Below, one piece after another: positions 42,750 to 51,932 of a stretch of 64,000 nucleotides of DNA. The stretch spans positions 928,001-992,000 of the forward strand of contig CAWKDB010000010.1 in the NCBI GenBank assembly GCA_963848295.1, written 5' to 3'. Under the pieces are notes generated by a model, which did no database searches, was not told where the DNA came from, and saw only the letters and a list, made by a program, of their open reading frames with translations. This DNA comes from an uncultured delta proteobacterium. Its GTDB lineage: Bacteria; Myxococcota_A; Polyangia; Haliangiales; Haliangiaceae. A program made the translations under genes and the position numbers. Each line of letters begins with the position of its first letter. The first letter of the stretch is position 1.

Positions 42750-43306
42750 GGGGTCTCCTTGGTTGCGAGCCCGCGACGTGCGAGCTCTGCGATCAGCGGG
42801 GCGGCGGCGGCGCGAAGTGCGGCGAGATCGGCGGGTGACAGCGTGAAATCGCCGGGTAGTTGAAGCGTGAGAGACGCGGCGGCGGTGAGTGAAAGGTGAA
42901 GCTCGGCGGGCGCGGGCACGACCGCGCGCGCAGCCACGCCACCGGGCGCGGCTTGCGTCCGCGGCGCCGCGGGGCGCTTCCAAAAGTCGGCGCGGCGCGA
43001 TCGCGGCAATGCCACGCCCGACATCCGGGCGAGGGTCGCGTCATCCATCGTCGGCCACAGCGCCTGAATCTCGGCGAGGCTCTTGCCCGCGCCCTGCATC
43101 CGTTTGATCGCGACGATCTGGGCGACGTGGCGCTCGTCGTAGAGCGCCGTGCGACCGCGCATCGCCGAAGGGCCGTCCAACAAGCCGATCGCGCCGTAGT
43201 AACGAATCGTGCGTTCGTCTGGGACCGCGCGTACCTGCCCGTTCTTGGGCGCAGGCAACAGCGCGGTCCGAGCGGCGGCTTCGACAACAAGCTCAGCGAG
43301 GGTCAC
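42746..43306 (-). CDS. MerR family HTH transcriptional regulator
   Basis: MTLAEL...RTIRYY..IGLL..P...GR..LY...H....IKRMQ..G.SLAEI. Confidence 0.85.
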   Translation of the reverse strand: MTLAELVVEAAARTALLPAPKNGQVRAVPDERTIRYYGAIGLLDGPSAMRGRTALYDERHVAQIVAIKRMQGAGKSLAEIQALWPTMDDATLARMSGVALPRSRRADFWKRPAAPRTQAAPGGVAARAVVPAPAELHLSLTAAASLTLQLPGDFTLSPADLAALRAAAAPLIAELARRGLATKETP

Positions 43307-43310
43307 GCCT

Positions 43311-43342
43311 TCTATCTAACACTGTCATATAACACTGTCAAC
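43311..43342 (-). promoter_or_regulatory. Putative sigma70 promoter of the merR-VIT operon, overlapped by an 11-bp direct repeat
   Basis: Minus strand reads TTGACA-17 nt-TAGATA-6 nt-GTG. TAACACTGTCA occurs at 43317-43327 and 43330-43340. Confidence 0.6.
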
Positions 43343-43344
43343 TT

Positions 43345-43475
43345 GGGACGGAGGAATCTTGGTCAACCGCGAGCACAGTTCGCCGGTTGACAAGAACTCC
43401 TCCGTCCCCGCTAAAATCCAGTGTTTCTAGTGACTTCTGCGTTTGAGGCGGTTGACAAGGATTCCTCCGTCCCCG
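43345..43475. repeat. Three copies of a 26-bp element (one inverted, two direct)
   Basis: 43345-43370 reverse-complements to GCGGTTGACCAAGATTCCTCCGTCCC; 43383-43408 is CCGGTTGACAAGAACTCCTCCGTCCC; 43448-43473 is GCGGTTGACAAGGATTCCTCCGTCCC. Confidence 0.9.
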
Positions 43476-43551
43476 GGTAGCTTTTCGTTACCCTCGGTTT
43501 TCGGGATCTCGGCGACTTGCGGTGGCACGGGCTGTGGAGAGCATGAGCGTG

Positions 43552-44907
43552 GTGCCAGGCATACTGATCGTCGACGATGACCGCTCGATTCGCCGCACGC
43601 TCGAGAAGTTTCTCGGCGGCGAAGGCTACGAGGTCGCGACCGCTCACGATGCGGCGACGGCGATCGCGGCGCCCGATGCGGATCTGATGTTGCTCGATCT
43701 CGGGTTGCCCGGCGGCTCCGGGTTCGACGTGCTGACCGCGCTCGCCGATCGCCCGAACCCACCGACCGTCGTCGTCGTCACCGCCCGCGACGACATGCAG
43801 TCGACGGTCAAGGCCATCCAACTCGGCGCGTACGAATACCTCGTCAAGCCAGTCGATATCGATCGCCTGCGCGCCGTCGTTCGTCGCGCACTCGACAGCC
43901 GCGACGTCCGCGCCAAGCTCGTCGAGCTCCCCGAGCGCACCGCAATCGGCGGTGACATCCTCGGAAAGAGCGCCGCGATCCGCGACGTCTGGAAGCAGAT
44001 CGGCGCCGTCTCGACGACGCGCGCACCGGTGCTCATCACCGGCGAATCGGGCACGGGCAAAGAGCTGGTCGCGCGCGCGATCCACGTCGCGTCATCGCCG
44101 GCGACGTTGCCGTTCGTCGCGGTAAACTGCACCGCACTCGCGCCCGGCGTGCTCGAGAGCGAGCTGTTCGGTCACGTCAAAGGCGCGTTCACCGGCGCGA
44201 TCGCCGATCGCCCGGGCCGGTTCGAGCTCGCGGGCAAAGGCACGATCTTTCTCGACGAGATCGCCGAGATCCCGCTCGAGCTGCAAGCAAAGCTGTTGCG
44301 CGTCGTGCAAGAGCGCACGTTCGAGCGGGTCGGCGATGCACGGCCGCTCCAGCTCGACGCGCGGATCATCGCAGCGACCCATCGCGACCTCGCTCAGATG
44401 GTCGCGCGCGGCACGTTCCGCGAGGATCTCTACTATCGCCTGCGCGTCGTCGAGATCGGCCTGCCGCCGTTGCGCGAACGCCCGGGTGACATCCCCGTGC
44501 TCGTCGAAGGCCTGCTCGGCAAGATCAGTCGCGACCTCGACAAGCCGGTGCGCTACGTGACTCCGGCGGCGCTCGCTCGGCTGTGCGCGCACGCGTGGCC
44601 CGGCAACGTCCGCGAGCTCGAGAACGCGCTGACTCGGGCGGTCGTGCTCGCCAAGACGGACGTGCTCGACGAGACGCTGATTCCGGCACCCGGTGCAGCG
44701 AGCACCGCGGGCGATGCCGATGCCGCGGGCGAGCTCCCCACCTTGCGCGAGCTCGAGCGCCGCCACGTCGGCCGCGTGCTCGTTCACACCGGGTGGAACA
44801 AGCGCCGCGCGTGCGCGATCCTCGACATCAGCCGGCCGACGCTCGACCGCAAGATCGAGGAGTACGGCCTGCGCGCGCCGGCGAAGGCCAACGAGGACCC
44901 GACGTGA
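43552..44907 (+). CDS. Sigma54-dependent response regulator (NtrC/Fis family)
   Basis: REC motifs ILIVDD, LLDLGLP and KP; AAA+ motifs GESGTGKE, ESELFGH.KGAFTGA, FLDEI and WPGNVREL; C-terminal HTH. Start is 43543, 43549 or 43552. Confidence 0.95.
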   Translation: MPGILIVDDDRSIRRTLEKFLGGEGYEVATAHDAATAIAAPDADLMLLDLGLPGGSGFDVLTALADRPNPPTVVVVTARDDMQSTVKAIQLGAYEYLVKPVDIDRLRAVVRRALDSRDVRAKLVELPERTAIGGDILGKSAAIRDVWKQIGAVSTTRAPVLITGESGTGKELVARAIHVASSPATLPFVAVNCTALAPGVLESELFGHVKGAFTGAIADRPGRFELAGKGTIFLDEIAEIPLELQAKLLRVVQERTFERVGDARPLQLDARIIAATHRDLAQMVARGTFREDLYYRLRVVEIGLPPLRERPGDIPVLVEGLLGKISRDLDKPVRYVTPAALARLCAHAWPGNVRELENALTRAVVLAKTDVLDETLIPAPGAASTAGDADAAGELPTLRELERRHVGRVLVHTGWNKRRACAILDISRPTLDRKIEEYGLRAPAKANEDPT

Positions 44908-46781
44908 TCGCGGGCGTCATTCCGATCGCGATCGCCGCGATCGGCGCCGCCTACGCCGGGCTCGTGATCCGCGCAGCGCCGAACCGGCGCGACAACGTGG
45001 TGTTCGGTGCGCTCGCGTTCTGCGACGCGTTACTGACCGCATGGCGCGGGGTCAACGTGCTCGCCGGTGATTCGATCGTCGACGTCGCGTCGCAATCGGT
45101 GTGCTCGCTCGGCACGATCGTGCTCGCGGTGTTGACGATCGAGTTCATTGCGAGCTTTCCGCGCCGCGCGAGCATCGGTTGGAAGTGGCGGCTCGCGCTG
45201 ATCGCGTGGGCGCTCGCCGGCGCGGTCGTCGTGATGGCGGTCGACTCGAGGCGCGGCATCGGCGCGGTGTCCGCGTACGTGTTCTTCGCGCCGGCGACGC
45301 TCGTCATCTTCGCGCTCGGCGCTCGGTCGTGGCGACTCACCGCCGATCGCGACGCGCGCACGGTCATCGCGATGCTGTGGTTCCGTTGGGCGTTCGGGTT
45401 CTCGGCGTATTACTTCGGCCCCGCGCTCGGCATCTTCTCGTGGGCGGTGTGGGCCGAGACCACGGTCGGGACGCTCGTGAGCTTCGTCGTGATCGGTACG
45501 ACCGTGCTGCGCACCGATCTGTTCTCGCTGCGCTCCGCGGCAGCCGAGCTCGTGACCGTCGCGACGATCGTGATGATCGTGTTGCTCGGCGGCATAGGCG
45601 GCGTCCTCGCCGTGCTGCGCTGGACCGAGCCCGGGACGTTGCAGACCGCGCTGCTGATCGGCTCGACGCTCGTACCACTCCACCTCGCCGCCCTAGCCCG
45701 CGCGATGTACCCACGCCTCGAAGCGAACGTGCTGGCTCCGCTCGACGACCGCCGCGCCCGCCGGCTCGCCGTGCAAGACGAGCCGATCGCGGTCGACCTC
45801 GCACCGGACCAGTTGCTCGCGACTTCGATCGCGCGAATCGAAGCGATCACCGACGGGTCGCACGTGACATGGAAGCTCGCGCCGCAGCTGCCACCTGCCC
45901 TCGTCGAGCTGCTCGCCGATGGCGAAGCGCAGCGGTCCGACGTCCGCCCCGACTTGCCGGCTTGCTTCGTCGTGCCCGCGCTCGGCGGCAACCGCCGGCT
46001 GATCGGCGCATTCCTACTCGAGGGCGGCACGATCGACCGCGACACGTATCTGGTCACGCGTGATCTCGCGACTCGGCTCGCGCTCGCGGTCGAACGCGCG
46101 CAGGTCGTCGACGAGCTCGAGAGTGCGCGCCAGCTCGCCGCGCTCGGCCAGTTTGCAGCCGCGATCGCTCACGACATCCGCACACCGCTGACGAGCATCT
46201 CGCTCAACGTCCAGATCTTGAGACGCAAGCTCGACCTCCCCGACGACGACCGCGAGCATCTAGAGATCGCACTCGAAGAGCTCGGTCGGCTCGATCGCTC
46301 GGTCGCCGAGATCCTCGATTTCGCGAAGCCGGTCAAGCTCGCCGCCGAGCCGGTCGATGTCCGCGAGTTGCTCGAGGCGGCGACGCGCAGCATGGCCCCG
46401 CTGTTGTCCGAGAAAGGGGTCGCGCTCAAGTGCGATCCGCCGTCGCTGCTGCGCATCCACGGCGACGCGCAACGCTTGCGCCAGGTCCTGGTCAACCTCG
46501 TCGACAACGCGGCGGACGCGTCGACTCCCGGCACCGAAGTCTACCTCCGCGCGACCGGCGACGGTGCGCGCATCGCGATCGCGGTCGAGGATCATGGTCG
46601 CGGCATCGGCGCTGCGGACCTGCCGCGGATCTTCGAGCCGTTCTTCACGACCCGGCCCGACGGCACGGGCCTCGGCCTCGCGATCTGTCACAAGGTCGTG
46701 CGCGCGCACGGCGGTGAGCTCACGGTGCGCTCGGCGGTTGGCGAGGGTTCGACGTTCACGATCTTGCTGCCGGCCGCGTAA
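44904..46781 (+). CDS. Multi-pass membrane sensor histidine kinase
   Basis: Many N-terminal TM helices, H-box AHDIRTPL, QVLVNLVDNA, DHGRGI, FEPFFTT and GTGLGL. GTGA overlap with the regulator. Confidence 0.93.
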   Translation: MIAGVIPIAIAAIGAAYAGLVIRAAPNRRDNVVFGALAFCDALLTAWRGVNVLAGDSIVDVASQSVCSLGTIVLAVLTIEFIASFPRRASIGWKWRLALIAWALAGAVVVMAVDSRRGIGAVSAYVFFAPATLVIFALGARSWRLTADRDARTVIAMLWFRWAFGFSAYYFGPALGIFSWAVWAETTVGTLVSFVVIGTTVLRTDLFSLRSAAAELVTVATIVMIVLLGGIGGVLAVLRWTEPGTLQTALLIGSTLVPLHLAALARAMYPRLEANVLAPLDDRRARRLAVQDEPIAVDLAPDQLLATSIARIEAITDGSHVTWKLAPQLPPALVELLADGEAQRSDVRPDLPACFVVPALGGNRRLIGAFLLEGGTIDRDTYLVTRDLATRLALAVERAQVVDELESARQLAALGQFAAAIAHDIRTPLTSISLNVQILRRKLDLPDDDREHLEIALEELGRLDRSVAEILDFAKPVKLAAEPVDVRELLEAATRSMAPLLSEKGVALKCDPPSLLRIHGDAQRLRQVLVNLVDNAADASTPGTEVYLRATGDGARIAIAVEDHGRGIGAADLPRIFEPFFTTRPDGTGLGLAICHKVVRAHGGELTVRSAVGEGSTFTILLPAA

Positions 46782-46842
46782 CGGTTCGTTACCGAGCCCG
46801 AGCGATCCCACGCCCAAATGCGCGGAATCTCGATTACCAGCC

Positions 46843-46860
46843 CAGGCACGCGCCGTGCTG
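46843..46860 (+). promoter_or_regulatory. Putative sigma54 promoter of the ABC exporter operon
   Basis: CAGGCACGCGCCGTGCTG (GG 46845-46, GC 46857-58); the -12 GC is 15 nt before ATG 46873. Palindrome GTAACG-N3-CGTTAC at 46778-46792 lies upstream. Confidence 0.62.
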
Positions 46861-46872
46861 TTAGTCGCCACC

Positions 46873-48006
46873 ATGTGGGCGCTCGCTCGGAAGCTGCTGT
46901 TTCATGACCGGCTGCGGTTCGCCGTGGCGATCGCTGGCGTGTCGGTGTCGGTGATGCTCGTGCTGGTTCAGGTCGGTCTGTACTTCGGCTTCATGGACAC
47001 TGCGTCGTCGATCATCGACGCGAGCACCGCCGACATCTGGGTCGGCAAGGCCGGCAACGACTCGTTCGAGTTCGCATCGCCGTTCGACGAGCGCGCGTAC
47101 TACAAGATCGCCTCGCTGCCAGGCGTCGAGTGCGCCGACCGCGTCCTGATGAGCTTCGCGCAGCTCAAGCTGTGGACCGGCGGCGACCTCGGCGTCCAGG
47201 TGGTCGGGATCGAGACCACGCCCGGCCGCGCCCCGCTGCTCGCGCCGTGGCATGTCGTCGCCGGCGACCCCGCGCGACTCGGTCAAGCCGGCGCGATCGT
47301 CGTCGATCGCAGCGAGTACCCCAAGATCCACATCGATACGGTCGGCCACACGACCGAGATCTCGGGCGTGCGCGCGCAGGTCGTCGCCCTGACGGCCGGA
47401 ATCCGGTCGTTCACGACGTCGCCGATCGTGTTCACCGACCTGCGTACCGCGCGCAGCTTCCTGCCCGGCCTGGGCGCCGACGCAGTGACCTACGTGCTCG
47501 TCAAGGTCGCCGCCGGCGCCGACATCGAGGACGTCCAGGCGCGGATCAACGCACTGCCGCACATGGCGGCGTACACGACCGCCGCGATGTCGGAGCGCAC
47601 GCGCTCGTACTGGTCGAAACGCACCGGCGTCGGCGCCGGGTTCTTCACCACCGCGGTGCTCGGCGTGATCGTCGGGTTTGTCGTCGTCGGCCAGATCCTC
47701 TACAGCGGCACGCTGCAGTACATCCGCGAGTACGGAACACTCAAGGCGATGGGCGCCAAGAACCTCATGGTCGTGCGCGTGATCTTGTCGCAAGCGATGA
47801 TCAGCGCGGCCCTCGGCTTCGTGGTCGGCAGCGGCCTCGCGTTCGTGATGCGCGCGATGATGGCGAAGGCGAACCTGTCGGTCGCGCTGTTCCCCGGCTT
47901 GTTTGGAGCGACCGCGATCGTCACGGTCGCGATGTGCTCGTTCGCGTCGCTGCTCTCGATCGTCAAGGTGCTGCGCCTGGACCCCGCGTCGGTGTTCAAG
48001 TCGTAA
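46873..48006 (+). CDS. ABC exporter permease (FtsX/MacB, DevC-like)
   Basis: MWALARKLLFHDRLRF..., EYGTLKAMGA and LDPASVFK. Confidence 0.9.
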   Translation: MWALARKLLFHDRLRFAVAIAGVSVSVMLVLVQVGLYFGFMDTASSIIDASTADIWVGKAGNDSFEFASPFDERAYYKIASLPGVECADRVLMSFAQLKLWTGGDLGVQVVGIETTPGRAPLLAPWHVVAGDPARLGQAGAIVVDRSEYPKIHIDTVGHTTEISGVRAQVVALTAGIRSFTTSPIVFTDLRTARSFLPGLGADAVTYVLVKVAAGADIEDVQARINALPHMAAYTTAAMSERTRSYWSKRTGVGAGFFTTAVLGVIVGFVVVGQILYSGTLQYIREYGTLKAMGAKNLMVVRVILSQAMISAALGFVVGSGLAFVMRAMMAKANLSVALFPGLFGATAIVTVAMCSFASLLSIVKVLRLDPASVFKS

Positions 48007-48015
48007 GGAGCCGTC

Positions 48016-48792
48016 ATGACCGCTGCGATCGCCATCTCAGACATCACTCATCTCGGGCCGCCCGCGCTCGCACCGCACAGCGACGTGCTCGCACGTATGG
48101 TCGGCGTCGGCAAGGTCTATGGCGCCGGGGAGCATGCGGTGAACGCGCTCGATCGTGCGTCGCTCGACATCCGCGCGGGCGAGGTCACGTTGATCGAAGG
48201 TCCGTCGGGCTCGGGCAAGACGACGCTGATCTCGATCCTCGGCTTGTTGCTCGCGCCGACCAGCGGCGAAGTCTGGCTCGACGGTCGCAACGTCGCGGGC
48301 CTCGGCGAGCGGCACCTGCCGGCGCTGCGCGCGAAGCACTTCGGCTTCGTGTTTCAGGGCTTCAATCTGTTCCCCGCGCTCACCGCGCTCGACAACGTCG
48401 CGATCGCGATCCAGATGAAGGATCCGCGCGTCAAGGATCCACGCGGCGAGGCGCGCCGGCTACTCGAGCTCGTCGGCCTCGGTCCTCGCGCGCATCACTT
48501 GCCGGCGGATCTCTCGGGCGGACAAAAGCAACGCGTCGCGATCGCGCGCGCTCTCGGCGGCAACCCGCCGATCATCGTCGGCGACGAGCCTACGGCCGCG
48601 CTCGATACCAAGACCGCGCTCGCGGTGATGGAGCTGCTGCGCGACCTCGCCACCCATCACGGACGCGCCGTCGTCGTCGTCACCCATGATCCGCGGCTCG
48701 AACGATTCGCCGACCGCGTCGTGCGAGTCGAAGACGGTCGCATCGATCCGGCCAGCCAGTCGAACGAACAAGCTCGAGAGGACGTGTCATGA
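48016..48792 (+). CDS. ABC transporter ATP-binding protein (LolD/DevA-like)
   Basis: Motifs GPSGSGKTT, FVFQ, LSGGQKQRVAIARAL, DEPT and VTHD. Confidence 0.93.
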   Translation: MTAAIAISDITHLGPPALAPHSDVLARMVGVGKVYGAGEHAVNALDRASLDIRAGEVTLIEGPSGSGKTTLISILGLLLAPTSGEVWLDGRNVAGLGERHLPALRAKHFGFVFQGFNLFPALTALDNVAIAIQMKDPRVKDPRGEARRLLELVGLGPRAHHLPADLSGGQKQRVAIARALGGNPPIIVGDEPTAALDTKTALAVMELLRDLATHHGRAVVVVTHDPRLERFADRVVRVEDGRIDPASQSNEQAREDVS

Positions 48793-49287
48793 CCAAGACC
48801 AAGTCGCTGCTGCTCGTCTGTGCACCACTCGCCGCCGTGCTCGCGCTGTGGCTCGGCCACGCCTCGTCGTCGGCGGCCTCGTCCGATGTGCAGGTTCGGG
48901 CCCGCGCCGCGACCTTGATCGCGCCGGCGCGGGTCGAGCCGGTGCGCGATCCGGTCGCGCTCGCGTTCGAAGTGCCGGGACGCATCACGGAGATCGATGT
49001 CGACGAGGGTGATGTCGTCAAGCAAGGCCAGGTACTCGCACGGCTCGACGATCGCATCGCGAAAGCGCGTGTCGCCGAAGCGACCGCGGCCGTGGCACAG
49101 GCCGACGCCCGCTACTTGCTCGCTCGTCGCGGCCCGCGCGCCGAGGATATCGCCGCCGCCAGCGCCGAGGCCGACGCCGCGCGCGCCGACGCTGACCACC
49201 GCGCGATCGAGCGCGGCCGCACCGATCGCCTCGGCGAGCTCGGCGCGGTCGCGACTGCGTCGGTCGATGCCGACGACACCGCGGCTA

Positions 49288-50462
49288 AACAGGATCGCAC
49301 AGGCTGAGATCCTCGCCTATTGACGAAGGATCCCGAGAGGATCATCGTGCGGCGATCGTGGCTCGATCTCAACCAGGCAAGGCAATTCGTCGCTCGCGTC
49401 GCCGTGGCACGCAGCTCAAACAGCTCGACGATTTTATCGTCGAAGCGCAACTCAAGAACGACCTCGGCGAATGGCGTCGGGGCCGTGCTGTTCGTGCATA
49501 CATCGATGGACGAAAAGTCACGCACATCGCGGTCGACTTCGGCATCACACGCGGCTCCGTCAATCGCTGGCTCCAGTGGTACGACGTCGATCACGTTGAG
49601 GGGCTTCGGACTTCGATTGCCGAAGGCCCTGCGCCGAAGCTCACCGACGAGCAACGCGAGGCTCTGGGGATCATCATTGAACTGGGCCCGATGCAGGCAG
49701 GCTATCAGTCCGGTGTCTGGACCGGTCCGATGATCGGCGACCTGATCGAGGAGCGGTTCGGCGTTCGCTATCACAATCATCACGTGCCGAGGCTCCTGCA
49801 CCAACTCAAGTTCTCGGTCCAGCGGCCGCGTAAACGGCTGGCCCGAGCCGATCTTGCGCGGCAGGCCACGTGGCTGCGAGAGACCTTGCCGAAGATTAAA
49901 AAAAAGCGCGCCAGTGCCGCGGCGTCGTTGCCTTCGGCGACGAGGCCAGCTTCTGGCTCGACGGGACGCTCCACCAAACGTGGTCCCGAGTTGGCTGCCA
50001 GCCCCGCGTAGACACGTTCGGCATGCGCAAGACGGCGCACGTCTTCGGCGTCGTTACGCTCGAGCAACGACCACGGTTCCACTACAAGTTTGCGCCCGTC
50101 TTCAACGGACTCACGTTCTTCGACTTCCTCAAGCAGGTCGTTGCTCGAACCCGGCGCAAGATCTTCCTGATCATCGACAACGGTCCCTGCCACAATCTCA
50201 AGGAAGACGGAAAGCTGTGGCTAAAGGAGAACCGCCATCGCATCGAGCTGTTCCGACTGCCGCCCTATTCGCCCGAGTTCAATGCGATTGAAGGTGTCTG
50301 GAAAGTGACCAAGAAACGAACCACCCACAATCGCTTTTACAAGACCGTCGAAGAGCGCGACACGGCCCTCTGCGCAACCTTCGCGATGTTTCAGGAGGAC
50401 CCGAAGCTGATCGCGAATCACGTGGCCAGGTTCCTGTGATCCACAAGCCGTGCGATTCTGTT
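49288..50462 (+). mobile_element. IS630-family insertion sequence (1175 bp) with TA duplication at a CTAG target
   Basis: TA at 49286-87 and 50463-64. Inverted repeats AACAGGATCGCACAGGCT and (reverse complement) AACAGAATCGCACGGCT. Visibly lower GC than the flanks. Confidence 0.93.
49358..50439 (+). CDS. IS630 transposase, two ORFs joined by a -1 frameshift at the A8G run (49898-49906)
   Basis: The HTH-containing ORF ends ...KIKK; the -1 frame continues with GDEAS, IIDNG and LPPYSPEFNAIEG (DDE triad). About 360 aa when fused. Confidence 0.9.
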
Positions 50463-51011
50463 TAGAGTCGCCACCGCGACCGCCGCCGCCGCGCAAGCGC
50501 GCTACCAAGCGCTCGCTCGCGGCACGCGCGCGGAGACGATCGCCGAAGCCGCGGCGGTGCGGGACGGGGCTCGCGCCGAGCTCGAGACTGCGCAAGTGGA
50601 GCTCGACCAGACCGCGTTGCACGCACCTGTAGATGGCGTCGTGCTGCGCCGGCTCGCCGAGGTCGGCACGCTCGTCACGACATTGACTCCCGCGCCGGTG
50701 TTGTCGACCGCCGACGTATCGCAGCTCGAGCTCCGCGCCGAGCTCGACGAGACCGACATCGCCGCGATCGCGGTCGGCGCCAAGGCATACGCGACCGCCG
50801 ATGCGTTCGGGGACCGGAAGTTCCCGGTCGTCGTCACGCGGATCACCGGAGAGCTCGGGCGCAAGACCGTGCGCGACGACGACCCGCGCGCGCGCATCGA
50901 CACGCGCGTGCTCGAGGTGATCGCTCACATCGACGCTGGCGGTGTCTCGCTACCGCTCGGCCTGCGCATGTACCTGCACGTCGACCGCTAGACGGCCGAG
51001 CCTCAGCGTTG

Positions 51012-51932
51012 TTAACCGCGAAGGCGCGCGAGATAGCGCTCCGCCTCGTCGCGAAGGATCTCGCCGAGCATGCGGAACTCGCGCAGGCGTGCCGACGACG
51101 TCCGCCACGCGAGCGCGAGGGTGCGCCCCGGATGCGGCTTAGCAAATGGCACGAGCTCGACCGGCCCTTTCGTCGGCGCGAGCGCCGCGGCCGCCGCTTC
51201 AGGCAAGAGCGTCACGCCCATGCCGCCGGCGACCATCTGGATCAGCGTCGGCAGGCTGGTCGCGCGTACCTGCATCGACTCGATCGCGCCGCCGCGCGAA
51301 CACACCGCGAGCGCTTGGTCGCGCAGGCAGTGGCCGTCCTCGAGCAACAGCACGGTCTGGTCTTCGAGATCGCGCTCGCCGAGCTTCCCTCGCTTGCGGG
51401 TCAGCGCGGAGCCGCGCGGTGCCGCGAGCAGGAAGTCCTCGTGCGCGATCGTGAAAGTCGTGACATCGCCGGGGACCGGAATCGCGACGAGCGCCGCGTC
51501 GAGCTGTCCGGCATCGAGCTGCGCGAGCAGTCGCGCGGTTTGATCCTCGCGCAACACGAGCTCGAGCTCGGGGAACCGCTTGCGCACGGAGGGCAGCAGC
51601 GCGGGTAGCCAGTACGGCGCGACGGTGGGAATCACGCCGAGTCGCAGCGGACCGACGAGCGGCTCCGCTCGGCGGCGTGCGGCATCGCTGACTTCGTCGA
51701 TCGCGGTCAGCGCGGCTCGAGCTCGCGCGACGACCTCCTCGCCCGCCGGCGTGACCAACACCGACCGGCGGTCGCGCTCGAACACCTGCACGCCGAGGGT
51801 GCGCTCGGCGCCTTGGACTTGCACCGATAGCGCCGGCTGCGAGATACCGAGCTCGGTCGCCGCCCGACGGAAGCTATGGTGATCGGCGACGGCGACGAGG
51901 CTCTCGAGCTGACGCGTGGTCGGTCGCTCCAT
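51012..51932 (-). CDS. oxyR: OxyR-like LysR regulator
   Basis: LysR HTH (SQPALS) and LEDGHCLRDQALAVC with both redox cysteines; divergent from ahpC. Confidence 0.9.
   Translation of the reverse strand: MERPTTRQLESLVAVADHHSFRRAATELGISQPALSVQVQGAERTLGVQVFERDRRSVLVTPAGEEVVARARAALTAIDEVSDAARRRAEPLVGPLRLGVIPTVAPYWLPALLPSVRKRFPELELVLREDQTARLLAQLDAGQLDAALVAIPVPGDVTTFTIAHEDFLLAAPRGSALTRKRGKLGERDLEDQTVLLLEDGHCLRDQALAVCSRGGAIESMQVRATSLPTLIQMVAGGMGVTLLPEAAAAALAPTKGPVELVPFAKPHPGRTLALAWRTSSARLREFRMLGEILRDEAERYLARLRG

Larger units (their letters stand above)
48789..50991 (+). pseudogene. HlyD-family periplasmic adaptor interrupted by IS630
   Basis: Removing the IS and one TA rejoins ...DDTAA-RVATATAAAAQARY... 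in frame, giving 341 aa with APVDGVV and LGLRM motifs. Confidence 0.9.

Noticed and set aside
43345..43475. Mini CRISPR array
   Set aside because: There are only three copies, one is inverted, the spacing is unequal, and no cas genes are present in the window.
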